A DNA stretch of 64,000 nucleotides from Spongospora subterranea f. sp. subterranea (lineage: Eukaryota). How positions within the stretch are numbered: position 1 is the first letter of the stretch; each line of letters begins with the position of its first letter. The DNA is taken from contig JAUGWO010000083.1 in the NCBI GenBank assembly GCA_049724395.1, forward strand, positions 1 through 64,000, written 5' to 3'. The notes under the pieces were generated by a model. That model saw only the letters and a list, made by a program, of their open reading frames with translations. It was not told the origin of the DNA and did not search any database. Both the position numbers and the translations under genes were made by a program. Below, piece after piece: positions 12,650-25,618 of the stretch.

Positions 12650-13588
12650 TTATGGTATTACTCCTTTTGATTTGAGCGTTTCAATTAATGTATCAACTGA
12701 GTCCACGATGACACCAGCTTTTCTCTCGGCAGGTGGGACGACGGCCTTCACCTTCAGACGAGGATCCAGCGGAACATCCATTTCTGCTGCATTCATCGTC
12801 TCTAACGGTTTTTTGCGCGCCTTCATGATGTTGGGAAGGCTCCTGAGGGACTTACAATTTATTGGCAGAACAAACATTGTCGCGTTTGGAATTACGAATA
12901 TCGAGGTTGGTTGAGGCGAAGGTCACAAGTTACCACTGCTGGCAAAGTGCATGAAACGGTTTGAAGCCCTCCATCAACCTCGCGAGTGACTTGAATCCTC
13001 TGATGAGTTGCTCAGCCCATTAACGACCAAGAGTAGCAAAAAAGGTGGAAAAACGCTTACCTTGTCACCTTCGACAGTGATTTTTGAAGCGAACGTTGCC
13101 TGAGGCCATTTCATGAGTCCTGCAAGCATTTGTCCCGTCTGATTTGAATCATCATCAATGCTTTGTTTGCCCAGAATAACCATATCGGATTTCTCTTTCA
13201 ACACTAGTTTGGCGATAAGTTTGGAAACGGCTAATGGTTGTAGTTCTTGATCTGTTCGCAAATCGGTCTACATAAGTTCACGAAACATCAACATAGCGAC
13301 CAATAGCAAATGAGGAGGTTCAAATACCTGAATATGAACAGCTCTATCGACTCCCATTGCCAAAGCAGTGCGCAACGTCTCTTGGCACTGTTTACCACCG
13401 ATTGACACAGCGACAACTTCGCTGGCGTGCTTCTGCTCTTTTAACCGAACAGCTTCTTCGACTGCGATTTCGCAAAACGGGTTCATCGCCATTTTCACGT
13501 TGGCGAGATCAATTCCCGACTTGTCGGCGCTTACTCGAACCTTGACGGCAAAATCGACAACCCGTTTGATCGGCACCAGTATCTTCAT
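12650..13588 (-). CDS. ETFB: Electron transfer flavoprotein beta subunit, multi-exon
   Basis: [71 protein letters not shown]. Confidence 0.97.
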
Positions 13589-13605
13589 GATCGCCGATTA
13601 CGGAT

Positions 13606-13691
13606 GAGAGAGAGAGAGAGAGCGAGAGAGAGAGTATTGACGTGAAACTGTTCTTTATCGTTGTGAAATACCTGTTGAAGAGAGAGAGAGA
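13606..13691. repeat. (GA)n microsatellite tracts in the ETFB upstream region
   Basis: GA runs at ~13606-13633 and ~13679-13691. Confidence 0.8.
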
Positions 13692-14036
13692 TGTGTGTGG
13701 TGTAACAGCACCACTAAAGCCGATTACACTCAACGGAGGGGGAGTCCGTCACTACAATTATAACCCCTTCTGGATGCACTCAAGTGCATATTTGAACCTG
13801 TTTCATGATCTGATGGAAATTCCGCTAATCATAACGATTTGAGGCGGTTTGAGGAATTATCGACATCGGGGAAAGATTGTGATGGAGGGAGAATCGCCCT
13901 CCAATTCCACATTGTCGTTCATGTCGTCATTGCCGTCGTTGACATCAAACCTATGTGAACCCAAGCTAGGATTACTGGACAATTCAGGTGACAGGATCCA
14001 ACATCGTAAACAACGTGTACTATCTGAAAATCTATC

Positions 14037-14486
14037 ATGATTGAAGGCAGTTTTGACGCTCCATCCGAAGATGATCTTACTGCTATGTTCACGAAAATTG
14101 GGCAAGATGTTGGCAATCGTCAAGAGTCCAGTAGTACCGATGATAAGCATTATATTCTCTACTCTCAACACGTTCAGCATTTACATAGATTCACGACATT
14201 TTTCGCTGATTCCAACGAGGAAGCTCAATCCGTAGCTAATTCTTTCTTAGCGATTATCCATGAACGAATGCTGAGACATGATAACCCTCAAGCTTTAAGG
14301 TATTTCACGTTAAGGGATGACGGCTATGATCCAGGCATCACCTCCAAACAGTCTCAATATACATTGCTCATCATCCTAGATACAATCGTTGACCCCTATC
14401 TTGAAATCAGTGATTGGGCAGATATATTTACTGAACTGAATCCCCATAATTCAGGGTCGTTTTCCGAGATGAGGCCGATTCAATAA
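14037..14486 (+). CDS. Hypothetical protein (may have an upstream exon from ~13882)
   Basis: 149-aa ATG ORF with protein-like composition; no family recognised. Confidence 0.45.
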   Translation: MIEGSFDAPSEDDLTAMFTKIGQDVGNRQESSSTDDKHYILYSQHVQHLHRFTTFFADSNEEAQSVANSFLAIIHERMLRHDNPQALRYFTLRDDGYDPGITSKQSQYTLLIILDTIVDPYLEISDWADIFTELNPHNSGSFSEMRPIQ

Positions 14487-14564
14487 ACTCGGAGTTTCGA
14501 CATCGAGTCTCTGGTCAGCGCTCGGTTTTTACGAGTTTATTGTGAATTCCTTTGTTTTCATTGA

Positions 14565-16642
14565 TTAGCTAATCACACATCCTCCTTCCGCTGCCAACTT
14601 CGAATCAGCCGCAGATTCTTCCTGTTTCTTCATGGCCTGAATCCCAATTGCCCTCAATGTGCTGGTTCGACTCCTGAAGTGTTCTTCGAGGCCATTTATG
14701 AGCTCAACCGTATGATGTTCTCGCTGAGCTACACCAGTACTGCTATTAACCACATCCACAGACGATATCTCTTTACAGGCCCGCTCTTCTAAACGAAGGA
14801 TTCGCTTGTAGTCCTCAAATGCGGCCACCAGCTTTTGGAACTGGTGGTCGAAGCTGGCCACAGCGTCATTCGTTGGATTATCAGATGATTTCTCCAGAGG
14901 AACTGTTTTGTGAACTGGCGCCTTCTGTAATTCACAATGAATGTCTTTCATTATTGCCGGTGACGGCTCTGGAACATGTTCAGCGTGATACGATGGAAAT
15001 TCTCTGGAAAACACCTTTGATATGGTTTGGGTCGATAGGAGGGGAATATGTGTCGCTATTCATATTCAATATCGGGATAACTTCCTCGAAGTTCGCCTCT
15101 CGAGCATTAATAACGACCTCCCGTCTGGTCTTGGGCGCCGCTATCTTGGCTGGGGATTTCGGCGTCTGAGCAGGTTCATTACGAACCTGAATGGTGTCGT
15201 TGACCTATAAAGCAATACATCCATTGATCAATCCAGATGTGATTCATGTCGGTTGAGATCATACCTTGAAATAAACGCGCCTGGCAACTGATGCAGCTGC
15301 AGCGAGCTAAAACAGATCAGAAATGGTGGAGTGAGGACAGTCAGACTCCCCTGTAATCCAGTACCTGACGATTGCGCTTTTGTTGTTCAAGGACCTCGGA
15401 CAGAGAATCAATACACTGTTTGAGCAATGTTTTACTGCCTTTATGATGAGATGACGTAATCTTAATGATCTCGTCCTGAATATCGGTTAATCATAGGCAA
15501 TCGACAAACTATATGGGGAAAAACGTAGCTCACCCTTTGTTCATCAGTAGCATTGCCGTCCTCGAACGCCTGGAAAAACGAATACAGAAGGAGAAAGTAA
15601 TGGGATACTTCTAGAGCCTGTTTCTGCAGCAGCTTCTGTTTCGACAGGATTCGTTTGTCGGTCTCTGAGCTATCCACCAATGTCTCCACTTTCAACGAGT
15701 CGCGAAGGATCTTCATGCTGATTTCAACCAAGAGCAGATCCAGGAACACCCCTTCCTCATCGATGTGGAACCCCGCCTCGATCTTCCCTTTGGAGCTCGC
15801 CGTCGCGTTCGCGTTCGGCGAGAAGAAAATAAAATGCTCAACGACGCCATAATACTGAAATAGGTTCGACCTGTGATCAGGACCAGTTCGACTTCTCAAC
15901 AGACCGGTTTTCAACGAGACAACAGACACCAACCAAGCTGGATGATTAACATCTCTCCTCAGAGCCTATGGCGATATTCTCAATCAGTTGGTGAACGGCG
16001 TCGCAAAACAAGGGCTGTATTTCACCTGAACGCTGGACGATATCTTGTTAGCACTGGCATACAGCATTAACCTGGCCAGCATGATTGCCTCATCGTCCTA
16101 ATTTCCTTAAATGGTTAATTACAGCGATCGGGAACGAAATAACTGGATATCGGTACCCATCCGGCGAACTGCTCCAATTCACTGAATGTGTCTTGAACGA
16201 CCTGGCCGAAGGATTCGGCCAGGTTCAGAAATGCATAATGATGGACCATGGCAAATCTAGGAATATTGCAACTGGTGAATTGACAAGAGGTAAATAATGG
16301 GATGGGTAATACATGTTCATCGATATTGTGAATAATGATCTCTCTTCTTGACGGCTCAATAAGGATTGAACGGAGCCCCGTTCGAAGAAGGGCCAAAGCC
16401 AATCGCGCCAATGGTCATCTAGGAACATCCTGTTTTCGATGAAGATGAATCACGACGAAGGTACATTTGAGAATCACTAACTTATAGAGAACGTGATCCG
16501 ATGTGTTATTGGCCAAAGGGAACACAACGTACGTCGATAGTAGCGAGGACCATTTGGATCGGGGCTGGCTTCGGATCAGGTTGAATAAGAACGAGAGCTG
16601 ACCGTGAGCGCGAAGATCGAGGCGCGCGATCGCCGCCTCCAT
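14565..16642 (-). CDS. Multi-exon hypothetical protein with coiled-coil C-terminus
   Basis: Series of minus-strand open segments separated by short GT-AG introns; start MEAAIARLDLRAHGQLSFLF at 16642. Confidence 0.6.
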
Positions 16643-16849
16643 GATCGAATACAAGGTGGGTCGAAAAGGGGGATACTATTGATCTGATCGTACAAATGGA
16701 ATCTGCGAACAGTCCCGATCATGGTTTAGACCTCTTTCGCCATATCAGTCAGGGAATAATCGATATTTTTCTGACCTCTTCAGGAACGATCCCGTTAATC
16801 AATTTGAATGTTGATTAGCGATTCGGAACGGGGAGACAGATACGATTAT

Positions 16850-17104
16850 ATTGTTATCTTCTGTTATGAGACCTCGCAACATAACTATTGCTGACTCGTT
16901 TTTGTGCCCTCCATCTGAGATTCGTCGGATGCTGTAGTTTGCAGTTGAGCATAAAATGCATCACTTTCACTCAATAGTGAAAGTCAAATTCAAGCAATGA
17001 CTGAAAGTTTGCCGTTGAACGTCAAAAGTTGTAATCCGTTCTGCGCTGACATAGTCGCCGCGAATTCGGTTCAATATCGAGTGGTGTTAATCAATGGTCA
17101 TTAA
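16850..17104 (+). pseudogene. 3' fragment of Zn alcohol dehydrogenase (pseudogene)
   Basis: [22 protein letters not shown]...NSVQYRVVLING matches the C-termini of the ADHs at 25.6 and 29.2 kb; contains an in-frame stop. Confidence 0.8.
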
Positions 17105-18964
17105 TTGCATAAACTCGACTCTAGTGGAGTCCATTCGACAGTTAGATTACCTATAGCCGATACCCTCAAGTAAAAACGAGTTCCTGTGTCTATTTGCCGA
17201 TATGACAGTAGGTTCATGAACCGGCACTTTGAATCTCTCGCCAACCACTTGACTCTCAACTCCATTTCTCGTATTGCCGTATGTTCCTCTCAATACGTCT
17301 CGTTCTCAGCATGAATCATTTATTGATGGGGGGTCACAGCGAACGATGGCGGCATCTCGCAACGGGTCGGGCCAATATGCCCAGAATGATCATTTGCTCC
17401 TGGCATGCCTCAGATGGGGTAAAGTTTCGTGGGTATATTCCTGTCCATGATATGCGAATGAGGCCAAAACTCAATCACACTGGTAAGCGGATCGATTAAT
17501 GTTGATTCTCCCGCACCAGTTCCGATTAACTGTCCAATATCAAGCACCAATCCCTTTTCTTTCACGGGGCGCTTCCATGAAGGAGACCGCTGTTCACTTA
17601 CAATATTCTGAGTATTTTAGATAACATATCCTTTGGTTTTGTTGCATTTCCAGAAGCGGCTCCCCAATCGATGCGTTGTCACCCGATTAAAATATTAAAT
17701 TCCCCACCGCCGGATTGCTCTCGCAGATAGTCGTGTCTTGCTCAGACACGTTCCAGATAGGACATTGACGTTTTCAGGGAACAATCCAGGGCTGTGTGGG
17801 ACGCGACAAATGACCAGCTCGTAAACGGAAGTGCATCAGGCTGGTAATTGACAAGCGCACAGACTCAGAATTTGAAAAGAAGGCCTGAGCGACTGGCAAC
17901 GGTGGAGTCTGATACTTAAATTCAAATGCAATCTACATCCGATGAAGTTGAAAACGCTCCTTCAAAACGGACTTCAAGAAGTCGGCGTATTTGAAAAAAT
18001 TCCGAATTCGGGGGGACGTCCAAAACGTCCCGACAGCCCCTGGCGAAGTGTAAAAAGTGTGATTGTAAGTAATCAGAAACGTCGAAAGTTGGACAACTCC
18101 CCCCCCCCCCCGTTACTCGACGCGTTGACCCTTCACCGGTGCGGTGCAGTGGCTAAGGGCGAGTACGCGCCTGGATTTCCAAAATTGCCATTGGTCCTGG
18201 AAGACGACAGCGAGGATTTGCCGTCGTCATCGTTAACCTTAATGCGCTGTCGCCATCCCCCTTCAACGCAATGGTTCCCAGTCCACTCCCAGGCGTCCTA
18301 GAAAATACAATCCGGACAGTTCATTGTTGATACGATCACTGGATAACATCATGTCATTACAATCACATTCATCATCACCCCTGTTTATATCACTTTATGG
18401 AACGGAGATCGGCCGGAATGGCCATCGGCCCAGCCATGACGAAGTACGTTGACATGGAGCAGTCCAGGCGAAAGAGCTGAAGCGGAGCCGAATTCGTCTT
18501 AGCAAGCTGACCGGCCAGTCCTGTTTGAAGATCGTTTATCCAACATGATCAAGAGATTTTGAGGAACTAACTCGGTATTGAAACAGATGGAGACCTGGTG
18601 CTGCTGGCCAACATTCTCCCCGAAGGGCACAATGCGACCCTAATTCTTTCTTTTTAGGTGCTCGCGACGCTTTCTTCCGACAATAGATCGACAAGAATCA
18701 ATGTCAACACATTGTGTATCTCTCATACAATTCGGTGATTATCTCGATTACTGTTTATTGTTTACTTACTGATGATAATCACCTCAAATGTCATTGATGA
18801 TATCGTCGCGCATTGCTCTAGCTGCCTGATCCTCTGATATTCCACGTCCTGTTCAAAATGACCGACTATTTGATGAGATGATTTAAGAGGCCATGTGGAA
18901 TGATTATCAACAGTACATGATCAATAGACAGTAATCGAGATAACCACCGTCCTGTACTAGACAT

Positions 18965-19306
18965 TCACAATGTGTTCACATTGTGAATTCGGCGACATCG
19001 ATTCCGGTTCGGCTTTACGCCTGGACTCCTGCAATCACCGTACCTTGCCATGGCTTGGCCGATCTCCGTTCGACCTTCACGAATCGCAAAAAACAGGAGA
19101 GGCAAAAAATGATCATAAAACATTGTTGCGCAAATGAAATGGATCGTTTCAACCGAAATTCCCCACCTTGACGGTTTCGATCGCAAGTAATACTGATCTT
19201 GCCCGGCCCGTTTATTCTCGCCGCTTCCATGACCGAACAGGGGGAATCTGGTCGTACAATTAGAATCTGTAAAACAGTCCAAATCATTTTTGAACTCTCT
19301 CACCAT
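18965..19306 (-). mobile_element. piggyBac-like transposase relic
   Basis: QYYLRSKPSRWG resembles the piggyBac Y...KP.KWG motif; surrounding frames are broken. Confidence 0.5.
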
Positions 19307-19815
19307 CCAAGGATGATTCTTTATTTTTTCCTAACTCTGATTTGAGAAACAAGATAGCGAAAATCAGTTCTCATCTCATGAACGCCCAGTACGTCAGCAG
19401 ACAGAGATTGCCACAAAAATAAACACAAAAAGGTTCAGTTAACACAGATCGCTGCCCATCAATCACTGATCCTTGTTGACTAGACATTCGGAAGGATTGT
19501 TCACTTGAAAAAGGTTAGGGCAGTTATCGAATGAATGTCTCGATATCAAGATTGATTCCTGATAGTGTCCTAATAGAGTACACACATCCTGTTATATGTA
19601 TGAACTGAGTTTGTTAACAGATCATTGAACCTGTTCAAACTTTTTTTGAACCACAGACGGTGCACAAGATACTTACTTGAAAGACGATTGCATTAGTGTT
19701 AGTGATGGCAGGAGGTGACTTGCAGGGTGTAGCGGTACCCTGTCTGGCTTAGGTGGGGAATCCCAGATACTCACCAAACCAACATCTCGTCTTATGTTGA
19801 GTCCCAATTTGAATT

Positions 19816-21425
19816 ATGCCTCAAAATCGTGTGGTAAAGCCGCTTGAAAAAGCAAAATGGGTCGAGTATGAACCCTGGACCAGTTTCCCTCGATTAAGGA
19901 GCTGGATCAGGCTGAGATGGACTATACTGACTCCACTTCATAAACCCCTATTCTGGGGATATTCTTCTTTAGGGGAGATGATCGTTATCATATTATCCTT
20001 GTTACTTATCGCCAATAGTCTGATATCGGCCTTTTCATCTCCCCAATCCCCCGTTCACGACACCGGATTGACTGCTGTCCTGCCTTTGGCGGTCGCATTC
20101 GGTCTATCCGCTCGCAATTCCATTTTCACGTTCCTCATTGGGATTCCGTTTGACCGGGCTCTTCTGTACCATAAGATGGCTGCAATGCTATCAGTAACTT
20201 TGGGGATAGGTCATGGGATATCCTGGATTGCCACCCTATCAAGATTTCAATTAGATCCAAACGCATCAACTGGAACTGCCTTACTAGTCATCATGTTCTG
20301 CCTCGTCTTAACTTCATTGTCCCCAATCCGCCGTCGCCTTTTTGATTGGTTTTACCGTGCTCATGTTTTCCTGTTGTTTTCATGCCTAGTATTAGCCCTT
20401 GCACATTCGGCATCGGGTGTGATGTTCGGGTTTATGTTGTGGTTATGCGATGCTGTTATACGATATGGTCTTGATCTGAAAGTTCGCCCGCAAGCCACTA
20501 TTGAGCGCCTTCCCGGTTCGGTTATCAAGCTAAAATTCAAAAAAGATGAGTTGAAATATAAGGTACAATTTGAGCTAACCGCGTACCGTATTCGCTGAAG
20601 TTGCAATGTTATTTGAAAGGCAGGGCAATATGTATTCGTGATGATTCCGGAATTATCATCCCTTGAATGGCACCCATTCAGTTTATCCAGCGCTCCTCAT
20701 CAAGAATATATCACAATACATGTTCGTAATCTGGGGGATTGGACATCAGATCTCTTCAATCTTGCTGGAGCAGCGCCGCGTCCTATTCGCATATATATTG
20801 AAGGGCCATATGGTGAATGCGGCGTCAACGTCGAAGGTGGTAGATATAAACTGTTCTTGATGATTAGTGGTGGGATTGGAATAACCCCATTGCAATCCAT
20901 TTTTTACCAATCAACTACTAGAGCAGCAATCACGAGGGAGGCCAATTCAAAAGGTGAGATGTACCGAGAGACGCTTGGTCAATAAGGTGAATAACAAATC
21001 GTCGTAGCTGTGGTTCATCTGGTCTGTTCGGGATCGCGACCTTATTGGGACGATGACGATCCAGGACCCTGAGCAAGGTCGTGCTCTTCTTCCTGCCGTT
21101 TTCAGCCCCGATGCATTGACGAATCATTCCTTAAAAAAACCTTCCAATCGGACAAGATCCATTCTATTCAGAGTACTTCCTGACTCAAAGTACCGAAGAT
21201 TCGCGAAACAGTCCATCTGCCCATGAATGTTTAAGGTTCGGCAGACCCAACTTTTTTGAAACGTTCACAGAAATGCGCCAGTTCGCAATTACAGCAAAAG
21301 AAAAGAGAATAGCTGTGTTTGTCTGCGGCCCAGTCAAAATGGTCGATGACGTTAAGTCCCAGTGTTGCCGCGAATCAAAGAACGGGATCACATTTGATGT
21401 TCATTCTGAACTGTTCGAGTTTTGA
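19816..21425 (+). CDS. Ferric reductase / NADPH-oxidase family protein, with two apparent +1 frameshifts
   Basis: Heme His in YHK...GHG and FYRAH...LAH. FAD-binding EWHPFSLSS, IEGPYG. NADPH-binding GGIGITP, WFIWSVRD, GRPN, VFVCGP, HSELFEF*. Confidence 0.9.
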
Positions 21426-21603
21426 AAAAATGGCGGCACCTGACTGAAGGCGTCAGTTATTGCAGCTACGTAACTAAACAATATCAACATTCGTCTGCTA
21501 CCTGAGTACACACTTGATCCCTGGGCAAGCAAGTACCTGTGGAAGCATACAGCTGTCTTCAGTCATAGGTCGAAATAACTTCTAGACGGAGCAGCAGGAC
21601 AAT

Positions 21604-23668
21604 ATGGAATATGAACTGTGTTCATATGAACTTGATCCAATTGTGCATGATAAGGCCATATACGATCCGCTAATACATAATGAAGATGTTCGTGATCAAA
21701 GTGACGGCACTGGAGATATTTCAAATCGGGAGTCAAAAATTATTGATTCGGAAATGGAAGAACAATATCGTCAATACGAATCAGTTGTCATGGGTGAATC
21801 TAATCCTGATCCGGAACTTGAAAAAATCAAGGGTCGCCAGAATGAGCTAGATTCCTTATGGAGTTCAGGTTGTTTCCTCGTTCCCCTAACGGCTCACCAA
21901 AACTAAGCCATATTGCCAGGTCACCGAGTGCAGGCATTCCGGCTTTGCATATCTTCGGCGTCGGAGCTGTCGACAGACCCCAACTCGCCCGTATATCCAT
22001 ATCGGTCTATGGCGACGATTAGATTAATGGTTCGGTTCAGTGATCTATTATCATCGCACTTATCATCATGTCAGGTTAGTCCGCAACAGGCCATAACCCT
22101 CTGGCTCACTGAAACGTCATCCTGACCCTTCTCTGTCGCACGCTCAGACCCGTTCACAGTCGCGGGACCAGTGCCATAAGTGGCTCTATTCAGTCAATGG
22201 GATCCGCGATGTGATCCCCCGCTTATACCTCTCCATTGCCATAATCCCATGTCTTCGTCGCATCATCGCACACGATCTGCAGTCCACAATCGACCGGATT
22301 GCACGAATGAGTAGGGCTATTTCCCACCCGATCATATCGGCATATACGCGAATGTATACCAGCATGCAGTGCGTGCGATCGCTGAACCTGGTCGTGGATA
22401 TGATCCAGGATCAGATCCGAGTGATGTACCCACGATGCGATGAGGCTCATATTTTTCGTATTGCTCCAGCTTTGAACTGGATGATGAATATGGTTTACGA
22501 TTATGGCCCAACTCCATTACCGTCATTGCTTTTATCGTACACGAAATACTCAACAGACCCAGCGCTGTTAGTGTTGATAGTAGATCATATCCGCCCTGAT
22601 CATATCCTAGAGCATTCTCAACAGATTCTCGACATTATCGTTGAAAATCACCGGATTAATAGTGGTAATTTGACATCACTCATCAAATCTGTCGCCGCTG
22701 CTCAGAAACCTGTTTCCCCAAGTTTATTCACAGGGCTACGACGAGGTACCGTTAATTGTTTTTCCACAAACATCGGAGCTGACCTCGTTATGCTCACTAG
22801 CGGTATTTCGTCTTGATAACGACCATTTGATTATGGAGCTATCGGAGTGTTTGATGAGCATCGCTCTGAACTATGTCGATCCGTTGCCCTCTGATACCTT
22901 CTTATCGTTTTATCACGATGTGATCTCCACATATCATTTGTGTAATGATACGTCGAAAATTGCCCGGTTAATGGATATAATCATCAACAGTCGGGACTTG
23001 TATCGAACACTACAAATAATGGTATCAATCATATTAAATCCCCATTTTGCAATGTGCTCATGTTTTCCCGGTTTTGAATATGTTAGGCCAACCCTGTAGA
23101 GATGCTACTTCTCATTCATGATCGCGATATGCTATCGTCATTCCTATTGAAAATTATCGCAATGATACCGGTTTCAAATGAGTCTATTGACATGATGTCC
23201 TCAATATTTTTCAGTATCGAATCATCAAACATGCACATTGACTCCCAAGTGATTAAAGAATATATTACCGAAATATCTACTCCAAATGCAACAGATGACA
23301 TTCCAGAGCATCGTTCGACACTGCATAGACTGATGCGAGCGCATTCCCAATTATCATGCTACTGGGGGCCCCTTTTCATTGATCAAGCATTAAACATTCT
23401 TCACAGTGCCCATAATCAGTCGCACATGGACGTAGAGGCTTATGAATTCATTGGGCAGTGTCTAGAGTTCTGCGAGTCCATATTACCTTTGATAAAGGGG
23501 CAACTGGATCCATATAAGCGTGTGATTCAAAGTGCCCTACAGACCGGCATGATCAGTAATGCTCAAGCTGTTGTAAATTTGGCTATCGAGTCTTCTATGG
23601 ATTGGAATGACTTCGACCAGATCCAATTGCAAACTATCATTAGTACTATGAATGCTAACGCTAATTAA
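21604..23668 (+). CDS. VPS35L: VPS35 endosomal protein sorting factor-like (C16orf62, retriever subunit), divergent, multi-exon
   Basis: LW....RVQAFRLCI, KWL..V..IRDVIPRLYL..AI, RIARMSRAISHPIISAYTRMY and PALNW match VPS35L N-terminal motifs. Confidence 0.75.
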
Positions 23669-23832
23669 AAAAATAGGCATACCGTTTTTTCAGTTCAGTC
23701 TGTTCAGTGACAATATTGCAAAGCCAAAAGTCGTCGAACTGAATCGGCCCGAAGTCGAACTGAATTGACCGCGATATCACATTGAGTCGCGTTGATTGGC
23801 GAAGTTTCAGTATTGCCTAAAATTGAGGTCAA

Positions 23833-24084
23833 CTACTGATGTTTGGAGTAGATCGGGGGGTTTGGCTGTCCGATAGTTAAAGTTGTTGGAAAAACAGAAT
23901 CCATTGAACAATGAATTGCAAAAACAGAATGGACCATTGGCGTAAAAATACCTAATGGTGTAAGCATTGACTGACTTTTACTGTTGCCGGTGATTGGAAC
24001 CTTCCAAAACCCTTTGAACGCGCCTAATGTGCTAAATCGATTCGATTTCAACAAATGAACACCAACTGTAGATATATGTGGCAT
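23833..24084 (-). mobile_element. Ty3/gypsy reverse transcriptase fragment
   Basis: FSTLGAFKGFWKVPI...S...SMLTPLGIFTP resembles F..LD...GFWQ.P...TP.G. Confidence 0.6.
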
Positions 24085-24249
24085 AGGATAAATATAAGGT
24101 TGGCAGGTTTACCTAGATCACAATCGAAATGACTGTTCCGCTCCGCTTGATTACGCAGAATGCAGGTGAGGCCCATCTAGATAACGAATTGAGGTATTCG
24201 AATCCACAATATCAAGTATTATTTGGAAGTGGTCCACCAAACCTGGTTG

Positions 24250-24990
24250 ATTCAAAGGCGGATGTGTCTGCCTGGTTGACATATCAAGGCCCACCGCCTG
24301 ATCAAATTGAATGTGGATGATTCCATTCTCTGGCACCTACTCTCCGCGTCTACTGCCCACGCCTATTGGGTTAAACTTCATCACATTTTCCAGCGAAATT
24401 CCTCATCCTCAAGGGTCCTAAATCTGTGCCAACTAGCTAGTGACCTGCACGCAGGATGGGCTGCCAACGTAAGAATACGTTTGTCAAGTAAGGTCTCGTG
24501 CTCGAGACCTTCAAAGTGTCGCCATACCGATCCATGATGAACTGATTCCAGCCCTTACGGTCTGCAACCTTGACAGCCGATTTCACAATGTGGCTACTGC
24601 GTAAGGGATTGATCAACTTTTTCTGGTGAAGATCACCTTCCTGCTGTTGAATGAGGAAGCGCGACGAGATCAGGATCACAGTGTTGCACAAACAAACATA
24701 GCTGGCAGACGGAGGCGTTGCAGAGTTTTCACCTTGAGCCAGTGAAAGAGAGGGGAAAGGAGAGAGAAAGAAGGACAAAGAGGAAGATAAAGAGATGAAG
24801 AGGAGAGAACAGGATATATGAGACAACAACGAGAGAAGACCATGCAATCGTAAAAGGGCATATAGATGAAGTTTAACCCAGTAGTCATGGGAGATAGACT
24901 CGGAGAGTAAGTGACGAAGGATGGAATATCCCACATTCGATTCGATCAGGCCTTGGGCGATACGACTGGATACGCCCTTGAAAGGGAGCC
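24250..24990. mobile_element. Ty1/copia gag-like relic present twice in inverted orientation
   Basis: + strand: IECNVDDSILWHLLSASTAHAYWVKLH-like. - strand: IESNVGYSILRHLLSESISHDYWVKLH. Confidence 0.55.
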
Positions 24991-25618
24991 CATTTTGAGG
25001 TTCTACAGTTTCAGACGTGGTTGGACTGTAGCGAATTGACACATCGTAATCATTATCCTGTAGTAAAGCAATCATGCGTCTTTTCCATATACGCCATCAT
25101 TCAAGAGAAACCAATTCAGGATCCCAATCCGGTCACTGTAACAGGTTTTTCAATTTTCATATTCCAACAGTGATATTGCAGGAGCTAATGTAGATGCGTC
25201 TTTCTACAGATTTCCCCATAATGTCGATTGTGCCATAATCACTGAGTGTCCTACAATCTTCACGCATCGCTTGGGTGCCAGACAAAACGGGGGCGTTATG
25301 GGCAACATTCGCCATCGCATTGCAACCCGTCTCAGACAGCAGACCATAAATCCTGAACGCTGTCAACATTGCCGAATGCAATCCATATGTTCAGCAATAA
25401 ACGGCCAGTCTTTACGATGGGGACGAGAAAAGACTGGCCATAGTTTGATTAAGGAATCCTTTATATGAGCATCACCACCGCCCGGAATACATTCACGGTA
25501 CTATATCATCAAATCTTCTCTGGATTAGAATAATGCCTTACAGGTCCATTTGCTAAGCATCATGAATACTAACGCTATCAAAAAATGTAGGCAGACAGTT
25601 TGTTTCAGTGTAATCAGT

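Noticed and set aside
25080..25480. Possible helicase or other TE relic
   Set aside because: Motif resemblance is too weak to assign.
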